DNA of 64,000 nt from Dehalococcoidia bacterium. Its GTDB lineage: Bacteria; Chloroflexota; Dehalococcoidia; GIF9; AB-539-J10. The notes below the pieces were generated by a model. That model searched no databases. It saw nothing but the letters and a program-made list of their open reading frames with translations, and was not told where the DNA came from. The translations under genes and the position numbers were made by a program. Below, one piece after another: positions 30,803-40,242 of this stretch. Location of the stretch: the NCBI GenBank assembly GCA_021157895.1, contig JAGGVQ010000010.1:3394-67393 (forward strand), in the 5' to 3' direction. Every line of letters begins with the position of its first letter. Position 1 is the stretch's first letter.

Positions 30803-31899
30803 GTTCGATTCCTCCTATATTCCGCTCTCAGCGCCTCTATGACTGCATCAGTATCATCAGAATTCCCCACGCTGATTCGCAGATAGTCTTTCAATCTAGG
30901 ATTATCAAAATAGCGTATGGCGATACCCCTTTGTTGTAAGCGCAGCCAGATATCCCTTGCTTGTTGCCCCGGCAGCACCAAACAAAGAACAAAATTTGCA
31001 CTTGAAGGATACGGTTTTAACCATCCCAATCCCTCTAGCTTATCAAACAAGCGGGACCTCTCAGTGGTTATTTTCTGCACATTGGCAGTAAGATAATCAA
31101 TATCACGCAACGAGGCCAACACTGCTACCTTTGCGGCAGAATTAACATTATAGGGCTGTTTGATCTTCATAAGGTAATCAGCAACCTCAGGTGAGGAAAT
31201 GCTATATCCTACTCTTAACCCGGCCAGGCCAGCCCACTTACTGAAAGTCCGTAATACTATTAGATTGGAATAAGAGTGTACTAAATTGGCTACAGTCACA
31301 CGGCTAAATTCAAAATATGCCTCATCTACTACCACAATTTTTCCTACATTGAGAATTTCTACCAACTCCTGTTCACTGATAAGATTGCCCGTCGGGTTAT
31401 TGGGCGAAGCAACAAACAAAACTTTCCCTTTATTCTTCAATACCCTCACCACATTGGGAACATCAAGAACAAACTGGCTATCTCTATCTATGTTAATCAC
31501 CTTAGCTCCACAAATCTCGGCACTAAAGGGATACATACCAAATGTTGGTGGACAATTAATAACCTCATCCCCAGGCCCAACAAACAGTCTGACCACAAGA
31601 TCGATGAGGTCATCACTACCACTGCCACAAACAATATACTTGGTATCAAACCCCACATACTGTGCCAGTGCCTGCCTCAAATCTCTTTGTTCAGGATCAG
31701 GATATATATGATAATCGGAATAACAAGTCAGAGCTGCATAAACCTCAGGTGAGCAGCCATATGGATTCTCATTACCATCGAGTTTTACGACGCGATCCAG
31801 TGGCAACTCAACTCGCCGGCTCAAGACATCTACAGGTTCAATAGGAGTGTAGCTTTTCATAGATAGTAGATCAGGCCTCACTAAATCTTTTATTTTCAT
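30799..31899 (-). CDS. hisC: histidinol-phosphate aminotransferase
   Basis: A class II aminotransferase with LDGNENPYG, SPNNPTG and RTFSKWAGLAGLRVGY. Length is 366 aa. Confidence 0.9.
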   Translation of the reverse strand: MKIKDLVRPDLLSMKSYTPIEPVDVLSRRVELPLDRVVKLDGNENPYGCSPEVYAALTCYSDYHIYPDPEQRDLRQALAQYVGFDTKYIVCGSGSDDLIDLVVRLFVGPGDEVINCPPTFGMYPFSAEICGAKVINIDRDSQFVLDVPNVVRVLKNKGKVLFVASPNNPTGNLISEQELVEILNVGKIVVVDEAYFEFSRVTVANLVHSYSNLIVLRTFSKWAGLAGLRVGYSISSPEVADYLMKIKQPYNVNSAAKVAVLASLRDIDYLTANVQKITTERSRLFDKLEGLGWLKPYPSSANFVLCLVLPGQQARDIWLRLQQRGIAIRYFDNPRLKDYLRISVGNSDDTDAVIEALRAEYRRNRT

Positions 31900-33221
31900 C
31901 TCTGCATACCTAGCCTAATTTCAATAGCTTTGGCATGAGCATCCAGCCCTTCAGCTTTAGCTATCGTCACAGCTGCCTGCCCCAGTACTCGCATAGCAGT
32001 CTTATTCAGATTAACGACATTGGTTACCTTGAGGAAATCTTGAACTCCTAAAGGGGAAGCAAAACGAGCGCTACCTCCTGTCGGTAACACGTGGGATGGT
32101 CCAGCCACATAATCACCCAAGACCTCAGGCGAGTTCTCTCCAGAGAAAATACAGCCAGCATTTCGAATTTTTCTACTCAGAGACAGTGCATCTACTACCA
32201 GAAGAGAAAGATGCTCAGGGGCATGAATATTCACCAGTTCAGCTGCCTCATCCAAGTTGTTAACGATTATCATCATGCCTCGGTCCATGGCTGCACTGGC
32301 AATACTACATCTCGTTAATTTCTGTAGCTGGATCTCAATTTGTTTGGTCACCTGATCAGCAAGTTCCAACGATGTTGTGATACAAATTACTGCTGCTGTA
32401 GGATCATGTTCTGCTTGAGCAAGCAGGTCAGCAGCACAAAAAGAAGCTTCGGCAGTATTATCAGCTACGACGACAAGCTCAGTGGGCCCCTGGAGCCCAT
32501 CAACAGCAACTGAGCCATAAACCATCTTCTTGGCCAGAGTCACAAAAATATTCCCTGGGCCACAAATTTTATCTACCCTAGGGACAGACTGGGTGCCAAA
32601 AGCTAAGCTGGCGATTGCCTGAGCTCCTCCTGCTTTAAAAACACGATCAACTCCAGCAATACCAGCTGCTGCTAATGTAGGAGCTGCAATACTACCATCC
32701 TTGGATGGTGGTGATACCATGACAATTTCCCCCACACCCGCCACCTTCGCAGGTATCGCGGTCATAAGAACTGAAGATGGATAAGCAGCGGTACCACCTG
32801 GGACATAGATTCCTATTTTCTCTAAGGGAGATATCTGCTGCCCCAAACCTTGCCCAATGGTATAAAAACCAGCTCTGGGATTACAACTGCGATGAAAATC
32901 ACGTATTCTCTGAGCTGCCAATTCCAGCGCAGAGATCAGCTTTTCATCTACAACATTATAAGATCCAGCTATACTTTGCCTAGTTACCTCAAGAGAATCA
33001 ATACTAATGCCATCTATCCTGTAAGTATAATCACGTATAGCTTGATCCCCATGAAGGCGAACATCTGCTATAATCTGATCAACGGCATCCTGCAGTGACA
33101 AATCTTTACCAAAGATTTCCTTAATCCGTGCCCTCATCAAAGGTGAGGCAACAACAGTCTCCCAGAAACTATCTCTGTTCAGTAGTTGTTTTGCCCTACT
33201 GAAATCTGTAATCCGAATCAC
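31896..33221 (-). CDS. hisD: histidinol dehydrogenase
   Basis: Contains IYVPGGTAAYPSSVLM, AGPTELVV, AQAEHD and APEHL. Length is 441 aa. Confidence 0.95.
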   Translation of the reverse strand: MIRITDFSRAKQLLNRDSFWETVVASPLMRARIKEIFGKDLSLQDAVDQIIADVRLHGDQAIRDYTYRIDGISIDSLEVTRQSIAGSYNVVDEKLISALELAAQRIRDFHRSCNPRAGFYTIGQGLGQQISPLEKIGIYVPGGTAAYPSSVLMTAIPAKVAGVGEIVMVSPPSKDGSIAAPTLAAAGIAGVDRVFKAGGAQAIASLAFGTQSVPRVDKICGPGNIFVTLAKKMVYGSVAVDGLQGPTELVVVADNTAEASFCAADLLAQAEHDPTAAVICITTSLELADQVTKQIEIQLQKLTRCSIASAAMDRGMMIIVNNLDEAAELVNIHAPEHLSLLVVDALSLSRKIRNAGCIFSGENSPEVLGDYVAGPSHVLPTGGSARFASPLGVQDFLKVTNVVNLNKTAMRVLGQAAVTIAKAEGLDAHAKAIEIRLGMQR

Positions 33222-34639
33222 GCTACTGCTTTTTCCAGCCTCCGTATAATAAAGTTGATATTTTTCATCTTGTCACGGGAAGCAAACCCTTGCGTATTCC
33301 CAATCAAACAAGCTTGAGATTGAAAAAGTATATCTATTACTTTCAGATTTTGCTTGATCAGTGTACGTCCTGTCTGAACATTATCAATTAGCAAATCGGC
33401 ATCTTCCGGAGGAAATACCTCGCTGGCTCCCCAAGTCAATATTAACTTATAACAACCAATATGCTGATCTTGCAGATACCGATCAGCAATATTGATATAC
33501 TCCGAGGCTACCCGCAAACAGGGATATGCTCCATTTTGGATATACCTCCTCAGTTGTGCAATATTAGCAACAGGAACTTCTGTATTTACCGCTGCTACAA
33601 TTTTAACTTGTCCGAATCCTAGATCTAACAATTTCTTTACGGGACTTGCTGGAAAGCGATAAATATGCTCTCGAAACCAGTCCTCACCTGTTATAGCCAG
33701 GTCAAAATTACCATTGGCTACCTGAAGAGGCATATCCTGAGGCCTAATAACTTTGATACTTGCCCAATCTAGATTAATTCCCGGACGAGAACACACCTCC
33801 ACTGTAGAATATCCCTGCAACTCCAATCCTGCTTGCTTTAGAACTCGTGCGGTTGGGACTTGCTGATGACCATCAGGCAAAGCTACCCTGACATCTTGCT
33901 CACCCCGTTGGAAATGGAAGATAGCTGGTTGAGCTTGCGTCATCGTCCTCTGTCGTCTCAGAATTCTGGAACTCTCTACTCGCCTAGAAGCAAAACGGCT
34001 GAGTATCTGGTGCAAACCTCTATTTTCCAAACTTTCTCTGTTGGCAATGAGACAGGCAGTAACAGGAAATAATTTCCTCAGGCAAACAAAACCTCGAGAG
34101 ACAAGTTCCTGTTCATGAACTATCTTCAGTACAGCTAATTCGGCATCTTCAGGAAGATAAACCTCGGCGCTCCCCCACACAGGGAAAACTTTGAAATCCC
34201 TCAACCTCAAGTTCAAGGCAAAGGCCTCGGCCAAATTGGGGTACTCACTTACTATCCTCCACTCCCTTCTTTCTTTACCTATTACATAGATGTCAGGTAT
34301 ATTGCTGTGCCTGTGACTTACGAGACATATTTCGCTCTTGCCATAATTTAAATTTAATATCTTTACCAGAGAACTGGATAAATACCTTGCTAGAAGTTCC
34401 TCAACCCAATCTGCACCACATATGCCCAAGTCATAATTACCTATAGCAACCTGTATAGGAATATCCTTCTCCTGAAAGATCTTCGCTGTGATATATGAAA
34501 ACTCTGTTGAGTGAAGTCGATATCGCCGAGCATCAGAGCTATATCCCTCCACACCCAAAGTTAACTCATTGAGCAATCTGGATGTGGGCGATAAGAGAGT
34601 CCCCTTGGGTAAAGCAAGTCTGATTAACCCTGTAGACAT
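33218..34639 (-). CDS. hisG: ATP phosphoribosyltransferase, tandem fusion of two short-form HisG modules
   Basis: Residues about 1-215 (IRLALPKG..., DIPIQVAIGNYDLGICGADW) and about 250-473 (VRVALPDG..., DMPLQVANGNFDLAITGEDW, GASEVFPPEDADLLIDNVQTGRTL) are each a complete HisG-S-like module in one uninterrupted 473-aa ORF. Confidence 0.85.
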   Translation of the reverse strand: MSTGLIRLALPKGTLLSPTSRLLNELTLGVEGYSSDARRYRLHSTEFSYITAKIFQEKDIPIQVAIGNYDLGICGADWVEELLARYLSSSLVKILNLNYGKSEICLVSHRHSNIPDIYVIGKERREWRIVSEYPNLAEAFALNLRLRDFKVFPVWGSAEVYLPEDAELAVLKIVHEQELVSRGFVCLRKLFPVTACLIANRESLENRGLHQILSRFASRRVESSRILRRQRTMTQAQPAIFHFQRGEQDVRVALPDGHQQVPTARVLKQAGLELQGYSTVEVCSRPGINLDWASIKVIRPQDMPLQVANGNFDLAITGEDWFREHIYRFPASPVKKLLDLGFGQVKIVAAVNTEVPVANIAQLRRYIQNGAYPCLRVASEYINIADRYLQDQHIGCYKLILTWGASEVFPPEDADLLIDNVQTGRTLIKQNLKVIDILFQSQACLIGNTQGFASRDKMKNINFIIRRLEKAVA

Positions 34640-34650
34640 CTACTGATAAT

Positions 34651-35904
34651 CTAACCTTGTTTTTCCAGCATTTCGACAACATCTGATGCTAAGGCCATAT
34701 CCCACTGCTGGTTTCGCTGATTGTCACTCACGCGAAAAGGAATCGCTTCGTTTTCAGTAACTACAACACTCCATCGATATCGAAAAGGTTCTCCGCTTTC
34801 AAAATCGAGGATCGCAGTATATCCTCCCCTGTGCAGCAACTGAGCCAACTGAAAACCCAATGCAGTTCTATCTGCGGTCATATCTTTCTCAATTGTAATC
34901 ATAATCGCACCCTCATCACCCTTCCTACAACTTGCAGGCAGTAATCCCATTATCGAGTCAATATAAAGGGCAAATCCACAAGCAGGCACATCCTTTCCTC
35001 CTATGAGAGGTATAAGGTTGTTATATCTGCCACCACCACCCACCTCGTGGCCATCAGTGAGCAATTTGAAACAAAGTCCCGTGTAATACTCAAACCCCTT
35101 CACAGCTTTCAAGTTTATGTTGTAATTGCAACCTGCTTTATCCAGGATTGCTGTTATAGCGACAAAATCGTCTAATTGCTGGTGAATATCCTGAGAAAAT
35201 CGTGATGCCAGAGCTCTAGCATTGTGCAAGAAGCTGCTGGATTTGCTCTGCAGGTTTAGCAATATGCCCAACAATTCATGGAGATTAGAATCAGGCACAT
35301 GGGTTTCCTCCAGCGCCTGCCATTTCCCATCCAGGACAGCACTGACCAAATCAACTTCTTTCTCAGGATCAAGTTTCAACTCTTTAATCAGAGCCCTCAC
35401 TAATCCCGCGTGAGATAATTCTAGCTCAATATTCCCTAGGCCAAGTTTGCGCATAATTTCATTAGCCAGCATCATAATTTCAACGTCAGCCACTGGCTCA
35501 GAACTACCCACAAATTCCACACCACACTGCCATTTTTCCCTGTTCTCTTTGCCCGTTGCTTCAAAAGCAAAGACATTGGTTACATAGAAAAGCCTGGCTA
35601 TTGTCTTCTCACTGAGACTCCTGCTATAAAGACGAGCCATAGGTATAGTGCCATCAGGACGGAGAACCACTCGTTCACCACTCCACCCATCCCAATCTAA
35701 GAACGAATATACTTTGCTTAACTTGCTCGGTGTAAGCGTCCCTACAGCAGTAAATAAATGCAAATATTCTAGGGTGGGTGTTCTAACTTCTTGATAGCCC
35801 CACTGGCAACATGACATTCGAAAAGTATCTTCCACGTAGCGAAAACATGTCATATCACCAGGGAGTAAATCTCGGGCTCCCCGACACATCTGGTTGTTCT
35901 TCAT
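34651..35904 (-). CDS. hisZ: ATP phosphoribosyltransferase regulatory subunit (HisRS paralog)
   Basis: It has a HisRS-like fold (GARDLLPGD, LRPDGT, GGGRY), but the class II motif 2 and motif 3 arginines are lost (FAFEATGKENREKWQ; GFALYIDSI). It sits directly upstream of hisG. Confidence 0.75.
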   Translation of the reverse strand: MKNNQMCRGARDLLPGDMTCFRYVEDTFRMSCCQWGYQEVRTPTLEYLHLFTAVGTLTPSKLSKVYSFLDWDGWSGERVVLRPDGTIPMARLYSRSLSEKTIARLFYVTNVFAFEATGKENREKWQCGVEFVGSSEPVADVEIMMLANEIMRKLGLGNIELELSHAGLVRALIKELKLDPEKEVDLVSAVLDGKWQALEETHVPDSNLHELLGILLNLQSKSSSFLHNARALASRFSQDIHQQLDDFVAITAILDKAGCNYNINLKAVKGFEYYTGLCFKLLTDGHEVGGGGRYNNLIPLIGGKDVPACGFALYIDSIMGLLPASCRKGDEGAIMITIEKDMTADRTALGFQLAQLLHRGGYTAILDFESGEPFRYRWSVVVTENEAIPFRVSDNQRNQQWDMALASDVVEMLEKQG

Positions 35905-36014
35905 TTTTCATTACCTTATAGTAGCAAACTCAGCTATTCTACACTAAGCCATTCCTACCTTCAATCACAAGGTTGTTGTCACTGCAGTTTTAGCCTATAA
36001 TCCAGAAAGGTCAT

Positions 36015-37328
36015 ATGCGCAACAAGTTGTTCAGATTATTCATACTTGCATTATTTCTGCTCCCGATCACTGCCAGTTTGGTCAATAGCAGCGTCAGTGC
36101 TTCCAATCCTTCCGTGTCTGTACTCCAAGTGAAAGGTACCATCGTACCTGTAGTAGCTGATTATATTAATCGAGGGATAAATGAGGCTGAAGATAACGGT
36201 GATAGTGTATGCATCATCGAGCTAAATACACCTGGGGGACTCCTCGGTTCCACGGAACGAATAGTACAAACCATCTTCAATGCCAACATTCCCATAGTAG
36301 TATATGTTTCTCCTAAAGGAGCCTGGGCAGCATCGGCGGGAACCTTCATCACCCTATCAGCTCACATAGCAGCAATGACACCAGGTACTACCATTGGGGC
36401 AGCTCACCCCGTCAGCGGCAGTGGAGAGGCTATTCCAGAGGATGAAATGAAAAAAATAACTGAGTTCTCTGCTAAATGGATAGGTACTATCGCTGAGGAT
36501 CGTGGCCGCAACCGTGAAGAGGCAGAAAAGGCAGTAACCGAAAGTAAATCATTCACTGATACTGACGCCCTGAAAAGCAATCTGATTGACCTCAGAGCCG
36601 ATAATTTGGATGATCTCCTTAACAAAATCGATGGTATGAGAGTCATGGTAAACGGTCAAGAAATCACTATTGATACCACAGGATATAGTGAACCTGTTAG
36701 AAATAACATGAGTGAAATTGAACGCTTCCTACTAACCATTAGCGATCCCAACATCGCTTACCTATTATTCACCCTGGCTACCATAGGCCTGATCACTGAA
36801 GTTTCCAACCCTGGAATGATCTTCCCGGGAGTAGTAGGTGGTATTAGCCTACTACTGGCGTTCTATTCTCTGGGTGTACTAAACGCATACTGGGGGGGGC
36901 TCTTACTCCTATTCCTTGGCGTAGGGTTGCTAGTAGCCGAGATCCTTACCCCCACCTTTGGCCTATTGACAGCAGGAGGGGTAACCTCTTTGGTTATCGG
37001 ATCGCTGATCCTGTTTAGCCATAGTCCGGGAATAGTGATTAACCGAGGCCTTATCGCCGGAGTAGCAATTCTAATCACTGCCTTTGCCGTATTTGTAATC
37101 GGCGCCATAGTGCATAGCCAGAAACGCCGAAAGGCCACTGGACCTGAAGGAATGTTAGGCAAGACAGCTGTAGCAAAAACACCACTTGTCCCGACAGGCA
37201 CTGTCTTGGCTGAAGGAGAACTGTGGACAGCTGTAGCTGAAAAGGAAAGCATCAAACCAGGAGAAGAAGTCATAATAACTAAGGTAGAACAACTAAAACT
37301 TTCAGTCACCAAGAAAAACATCGACTGA
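36015..37328 (+). CDS. NfeD-family membrane-bound ClpP-class serine protease (long form)
   Basis: It has a signal/TM segment, a ClpP-like domain (IELNTPGGLL, WAASAGTFI), several TM helices and a C-terminal OB-fold NfeD domain (GTVLAEGELWTA). Length is 437 aa. Confidence 0.85.
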   Translation: MRNKLFRLFILALFLLPITASLVNSSVSASNPSVSVLQVKGTIVPVVADYINRGINEAEDNGDSVCIIELNTPGGLLGSTERIVQTIFNANIPIVVYVSPKGAWAASAGTFITLSAHIAAMTPGTTIGAAHPVSGSGEAIPEDEMKKITEFSAKWIGTIAEDRGRNREEAEKAVTESKSFTDTDALKSNLIDLRADNLDDLLNKIDGMRVMVNGQEITIDTTGYSEPVRNNMSEIERFLLTISDPNIAYLLFTLATIGLITEVSNPGMIFPGVVGGISLLLAFYSLGVLNAYWGGLLLLFLGVGLLVAEILTPTFGLLTAGGVTSLVIGSLILFSHSPGIVINRGLIAGVAILITAFAVFVIGAIVHSQKRRKATGPEGMLGKTAVAKTPLVPTGTVLAEGELWTAVAEKESIKPGEEVIITKVEQLKLSVTKKNID

Positions 37329-37641
37329 GAAGGAGGCAGGCTTGCCATTTATGGAAGGAATAAGTCCTGGACTAATTGTAGGTATCATTATCGTCTCCCT
37401 TGCTTTTATCATTTTTGTTATTCTGGCTGTTATCCGAGGGCAGAAACGAAAGTTGACTGCTGGAGCGGAGACAATGATAGGCAAGACAGTTGTAGCACAA
37501 ACCCCTCTCAACCCCAAGGGCACTGTTCTGGCTGAAGGGGAATTGTGGACGGCTATAAGTAAAGATGGTAATATGGAAATTGGTGATGAGGCAACAATAA
37601 TCAAAATAGAAGGGTTACAACTGCTGGTAGCCCAAAAAACA
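37045..37641 (+). repeat. tandem duplication (period 322 bp) of the TM plus OB-fold NfeD C-terminal module
   Basis: Segments about 37045-37319 and 37367-37641 align at nucleotide level, sharing runs such as ggcaagacag, ggctgaagg and tgtggac. They also align at protein level (GKTAVAKTPLVPTGTVLAEGELWTAV versus GKTVVAQTPLNPKGTVLAEGELWTAI). Confidence 0.6.
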
Positions 37642-37662
37642 GGAGAGGAGAAAGAAAAATGA
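37342..37662 (+). CDS. short NfeD-like protein (one TM helix plus OB-fold domain), paralog of the upstream gene's C-terminus
   Basis: A TTG start sits 5 nt after AGGAGG. The 106-aa product has a TM helix and then an NfeD OB domain, and its end overlaps the start of the SPFH gene. Confidence 0.65.
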   Translation: MPFMEGISPGLIVGIIIVSLAFIIFVILAVIRGQKRKLTAGAETMIGKTVVAQTPLNPKGTVLAEGELWTAISKDGNMEIGDEATIIKIEGLQLLVAQKTGEEKEK

Positions 37663-38441
37663 TGAGCTGGTTCGTTTATCTAGTTATTGCTGTAATAGTA
37701 GTGATGCTTCTATCAGCAGCTATTAAAATTGTTCAAGAATATGAGCGGGGAGCAGTGTTCCGACTAGGCAGATTTGTCGGTTTAAGAGGACCAGGGCTGG
37801 TCATAATTATACCCTTTATTGAACGCATGTGGAAGGTTGACCTGCGGGTAGTTACTATGGACGTCCCTGACCAAGAATGTATAACAGTAGATAATGTCAC
37901 AGTTACAGTGGATGCTGTGGTTTACTTCAGAGTGGTTGATGCTGCTGATGCCGTACTTAAGGTAGCTGACTTCTCGAGAGCAACTTATTTGCTAGCCCAG
38001 ACGACTTTAAGAAACGTTGTCGGACAATCTGAATTAGATGAGTTGTTAGCCCATCGCGATCGCCTTAACGAAAAGATTCAGACAGCTGTTGATGAAGGTA
38101 CTAATCCCTGGGGAATAAAGGTGAGCATGGTAGAGGTAAAAGATGTTCAATTACCTGAGACGATGCAAAGAGCAATGGCAGCCCAGGCAGAGGCTGAGCG
38201 CGACAGAAGGGCCAAGGTAGTGCATGCCGAGGGCGAATTCCAAGCAGCAGAGAAACTGGCCAAAGCTGCCCATATTATATCGCGCGACCCTGCAGCCCTA
38301 CAGCTACGCTATTTACAAACCTTGGCTGGAATCGCCACGGAGAGAACCAACACCATACTCTTTCCTCTACCAATAGACATGATGACGGCTTTCATGCAAC
38401 GAGGAAAAGCAACTGATAACAAACAGCTGCCCCAACAATGA
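37659..38441 (+). CDS. SPFH/band-7 (stomatin-like) protein
   Basis: It has an N-terminal TM helix, IVQEYERGAVFRLGR, a PHB domain, and a coiled-coil AAQAEAERDRRAK. Confidence 0.9.
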   Translation: MMSWFVYLVIAVIVVMLLSAAIKIVQEYERGAVFRLGRFVGLRGPGLVIIIPFIERMWKVDLRVVTMDVPDQECITVDNVTVTVDAVVYFRVVDAADAVLKVADFSRATYLLAQTTLRNVVGQSELDELLAHRDRLNEKIQTAVDEGTNPWGIKVSMVEVKDVQLPETMQRAMAAQAEAERDRRAKVVHAEGEFQAAEKLAKAAHIISRDPAALQLRYLQTLAGIATERTNTILFPLPIDMMTAFMQRGKATDNKQLPQQ

Positions 38442-38470
38442 AGTGCTCCTAAAAAAGAAATAGCATAGCC

Positions 38471-39421
38471 CTAACTGCCCTGTTTGGCACAACCAATCAG
38501 GTCAGTTATATTTTCAATGCCCTCTTTTCGCATGAAATCTCTCAGTCCTCCCAATACCGTGAGTGAAACACATGGCTCAGTAAAGTTTGCTGTCCCCACT
38601 TGAACTGCAGTAGCCCCAGCCATGATAAATTCCAGAGCATCATTTACCGTAACCACCCCACCACAACCAACCACCGGAATATGTACCAGCTTGGCTACCT
38701 CATACACCATATAAATCGCTATTGGCCTGATAGCAGGACCAGAAAGACCTCCAATAATATTCCCCAGGGACGACCTCCCCTTAGTAACATTAATTGACAT
38801 ACCCCTAACAGTGTTAATTAATGATATGGCATGTGCTCCTGCTTTCTCCACTGCCATTGCAATCTCACCAATGTCAGATACATTCGGACTCAACTTAACC
38901 ATGAGAGGTAAGCTAGTTGCTGCCCTAACTGCAGAGGTAACCTCAGCAGCCAACTCGGGATTGATGCCAAACTCAATTCCTCCGCGAGAAACGTTAGGAC
39001 AACTAATATTTAGCTCAATCCCACTTATGCCAGGAACTCCTTCTAGCTTGCTAACCACGCCTACGTAATCATCAATTGTCTCGCCAGCAACATTAACAAT
39101 GACTGGCACACGCCAGTCTGCCCACACGGGAGCCTTCTCTCTTACCACAGCATCAACACCGATATTTTCCAATCCCACAGAATTTAACAAACCACAGTCC
39201 GTCTCCACTATTCGTGGTTGGGGATTACCTTTTCTTGCATTAAGTGTAGTCCCCTTACAGATAATAGCCCCCAGACTCTGTATATCAACAAGGTCTTCAT
39301 ACTCCATCCCGTAGCCAAAGGTACCTGAAGCAGCAATCACCGGATTGGATAAATGCAACCCCTTTATATGCCTAGGTGCCAGATTAACCCGTAAATCAGA
39401 TTTAATATCCACAACTTTCAT
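38471..39421 (-). CDS. pyrD: dihydroorotate dehydrogenase, class 1 catalytic subunit
   Basis: Contains NPVIAASGTFGYG, LNSVGLENIG, ELNISCPN and GGLSGPAIRPIA. The start could instead be the TTG at 39445. Confidence 0.85.
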   Translation of the reverse strand: MKVVDIKSDLRVNLAPRHIKGLHLSNPVIAASGTFGYGMEYEDLVDIQSLGAIICKGTTLNARKGNPQPRIVETDCGLLNSVGLENIGVDAVVREKAPVWADWRVPVIVNVAGETIDDYVGVVSKLEGVPGISGIELNISCPNVSRGGIEFGINPELAAEVTSAVRAATSLPLMVKLSPNVSDIGEIAMAVEKAGAHAISLINTVRGMSINVTKGRSSLGNIIGGLSGPAIRPIAIYMVYEVAKLVHIPVVGCGGVVTVNDALEFIMAGATAVQVGTANFTEPCVSLTVLGGLRDFMRKEGIENITDLIGCAKQGS

Positions 39422-39481
39422 TATATCAATGCATCGACCAATCAATATACCCCACTATCAGCTATGTTAAAATGAAAAACA

Positions 39482-40138
39482 GTGGTGACACAGATAAATT
39501 ACATTATCCGCCCCATGAGGGAACAAGATATATCTCTGGTGGCTAATATCGATCGTGAGGCTTTCGCCGGCGAAAGAGTACTCCCGTCTTATAGCTTCTA
39601 CCGGCGAGATTTGGACAGCCCTTTAGCCCGTTACATGGTAGCCTCAATACAAAACGGCTTTGAGCAAGGGGAAAACAGCCAACCGATAGCTAAGTCACCC
39701 TGGATAAAAAAACTCTTCAATTACCACAATCATACCTCTCTTGAGACAAACACATCAGGAGAAGAATATGTCATCGGTTTTATTAGCGTCTGGCTGATGA
39801 TGAGAGAATTACATCTGACCGCAATTGCGGTCAAATGTAATTATCGCCGCCAAGGCGTCGGCGAAAGACTATTGATTTCAGCTATCGAGCTGGCCAAGAA
39901 ATTAAATGTCACCATGCTTACATTAGAAGTGCGAGCCTCTAACAAAATTGCTCAGTCTCTTTATGCCAAGTATGGGTTCCAAATAGTAGGCATGCGCCAC
40001 AAGTATTACTCTGATAACAGGGAAGATGCTATCATCATGACCGTATATAACTTCAATTTGGCTCCCTATCAAACACGCTTTCAGCAGTTAAAATTAGCAT
40101 ATAACAAAAAGTGGGGACAAAACCTCATTCTAATCTAA
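39482..40138 (+). CDS. rimI: GNAT acetyltransferase, RimI-like (ribosomal-protein-alanine N-acetyltransferase)
   Basis: IRPMREQDISLVANIDREAF, and the acetyl-CoA motif RRQGVGERLL. It carries an insertion of about 45 aa between the N-terminal helix and the core. Confidence 0.7.
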   Translation: MVTQINYIIRPMREQDISLVANIDREAFAGERVLPSYSFYRRDLDSPLARYMVASIQNGFEQGENSQPIAKSPWIKKLFNYHNHTSLETNTSGEEYVIGFISVWLMMRELHLTAIAVKCNYRRQGVGERLLISAIELAKKLNVTMLTLEVRASNKIAQSLYAKYGFQIVGMRHKYYSDNREDAIIMTVYNFNLAPYQTRFQQLKLAYNKKWGQNLILI

Positions 40139-40242
40139 TAAGAATGACAACCTGCACTGATTCCTATCAAACCTCAACAGTCACCAGTTACTGCATACTC
40201 TACAAACAATGCTCCTGTATAAAATGGCTATTGCAAAATATT

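Noticed and set aside
36863-37604. Two antisense ORFs (36863-37348 and 37302-37604, minus strand) with similar sequences, which might look like a paralogous gene pair.
   Set aside because: Their similarity simply mirrors the plus-strand tandem duplication of the NfeD C-terminal module. The plus-strand frames carry the recognisable NfeD motifs.
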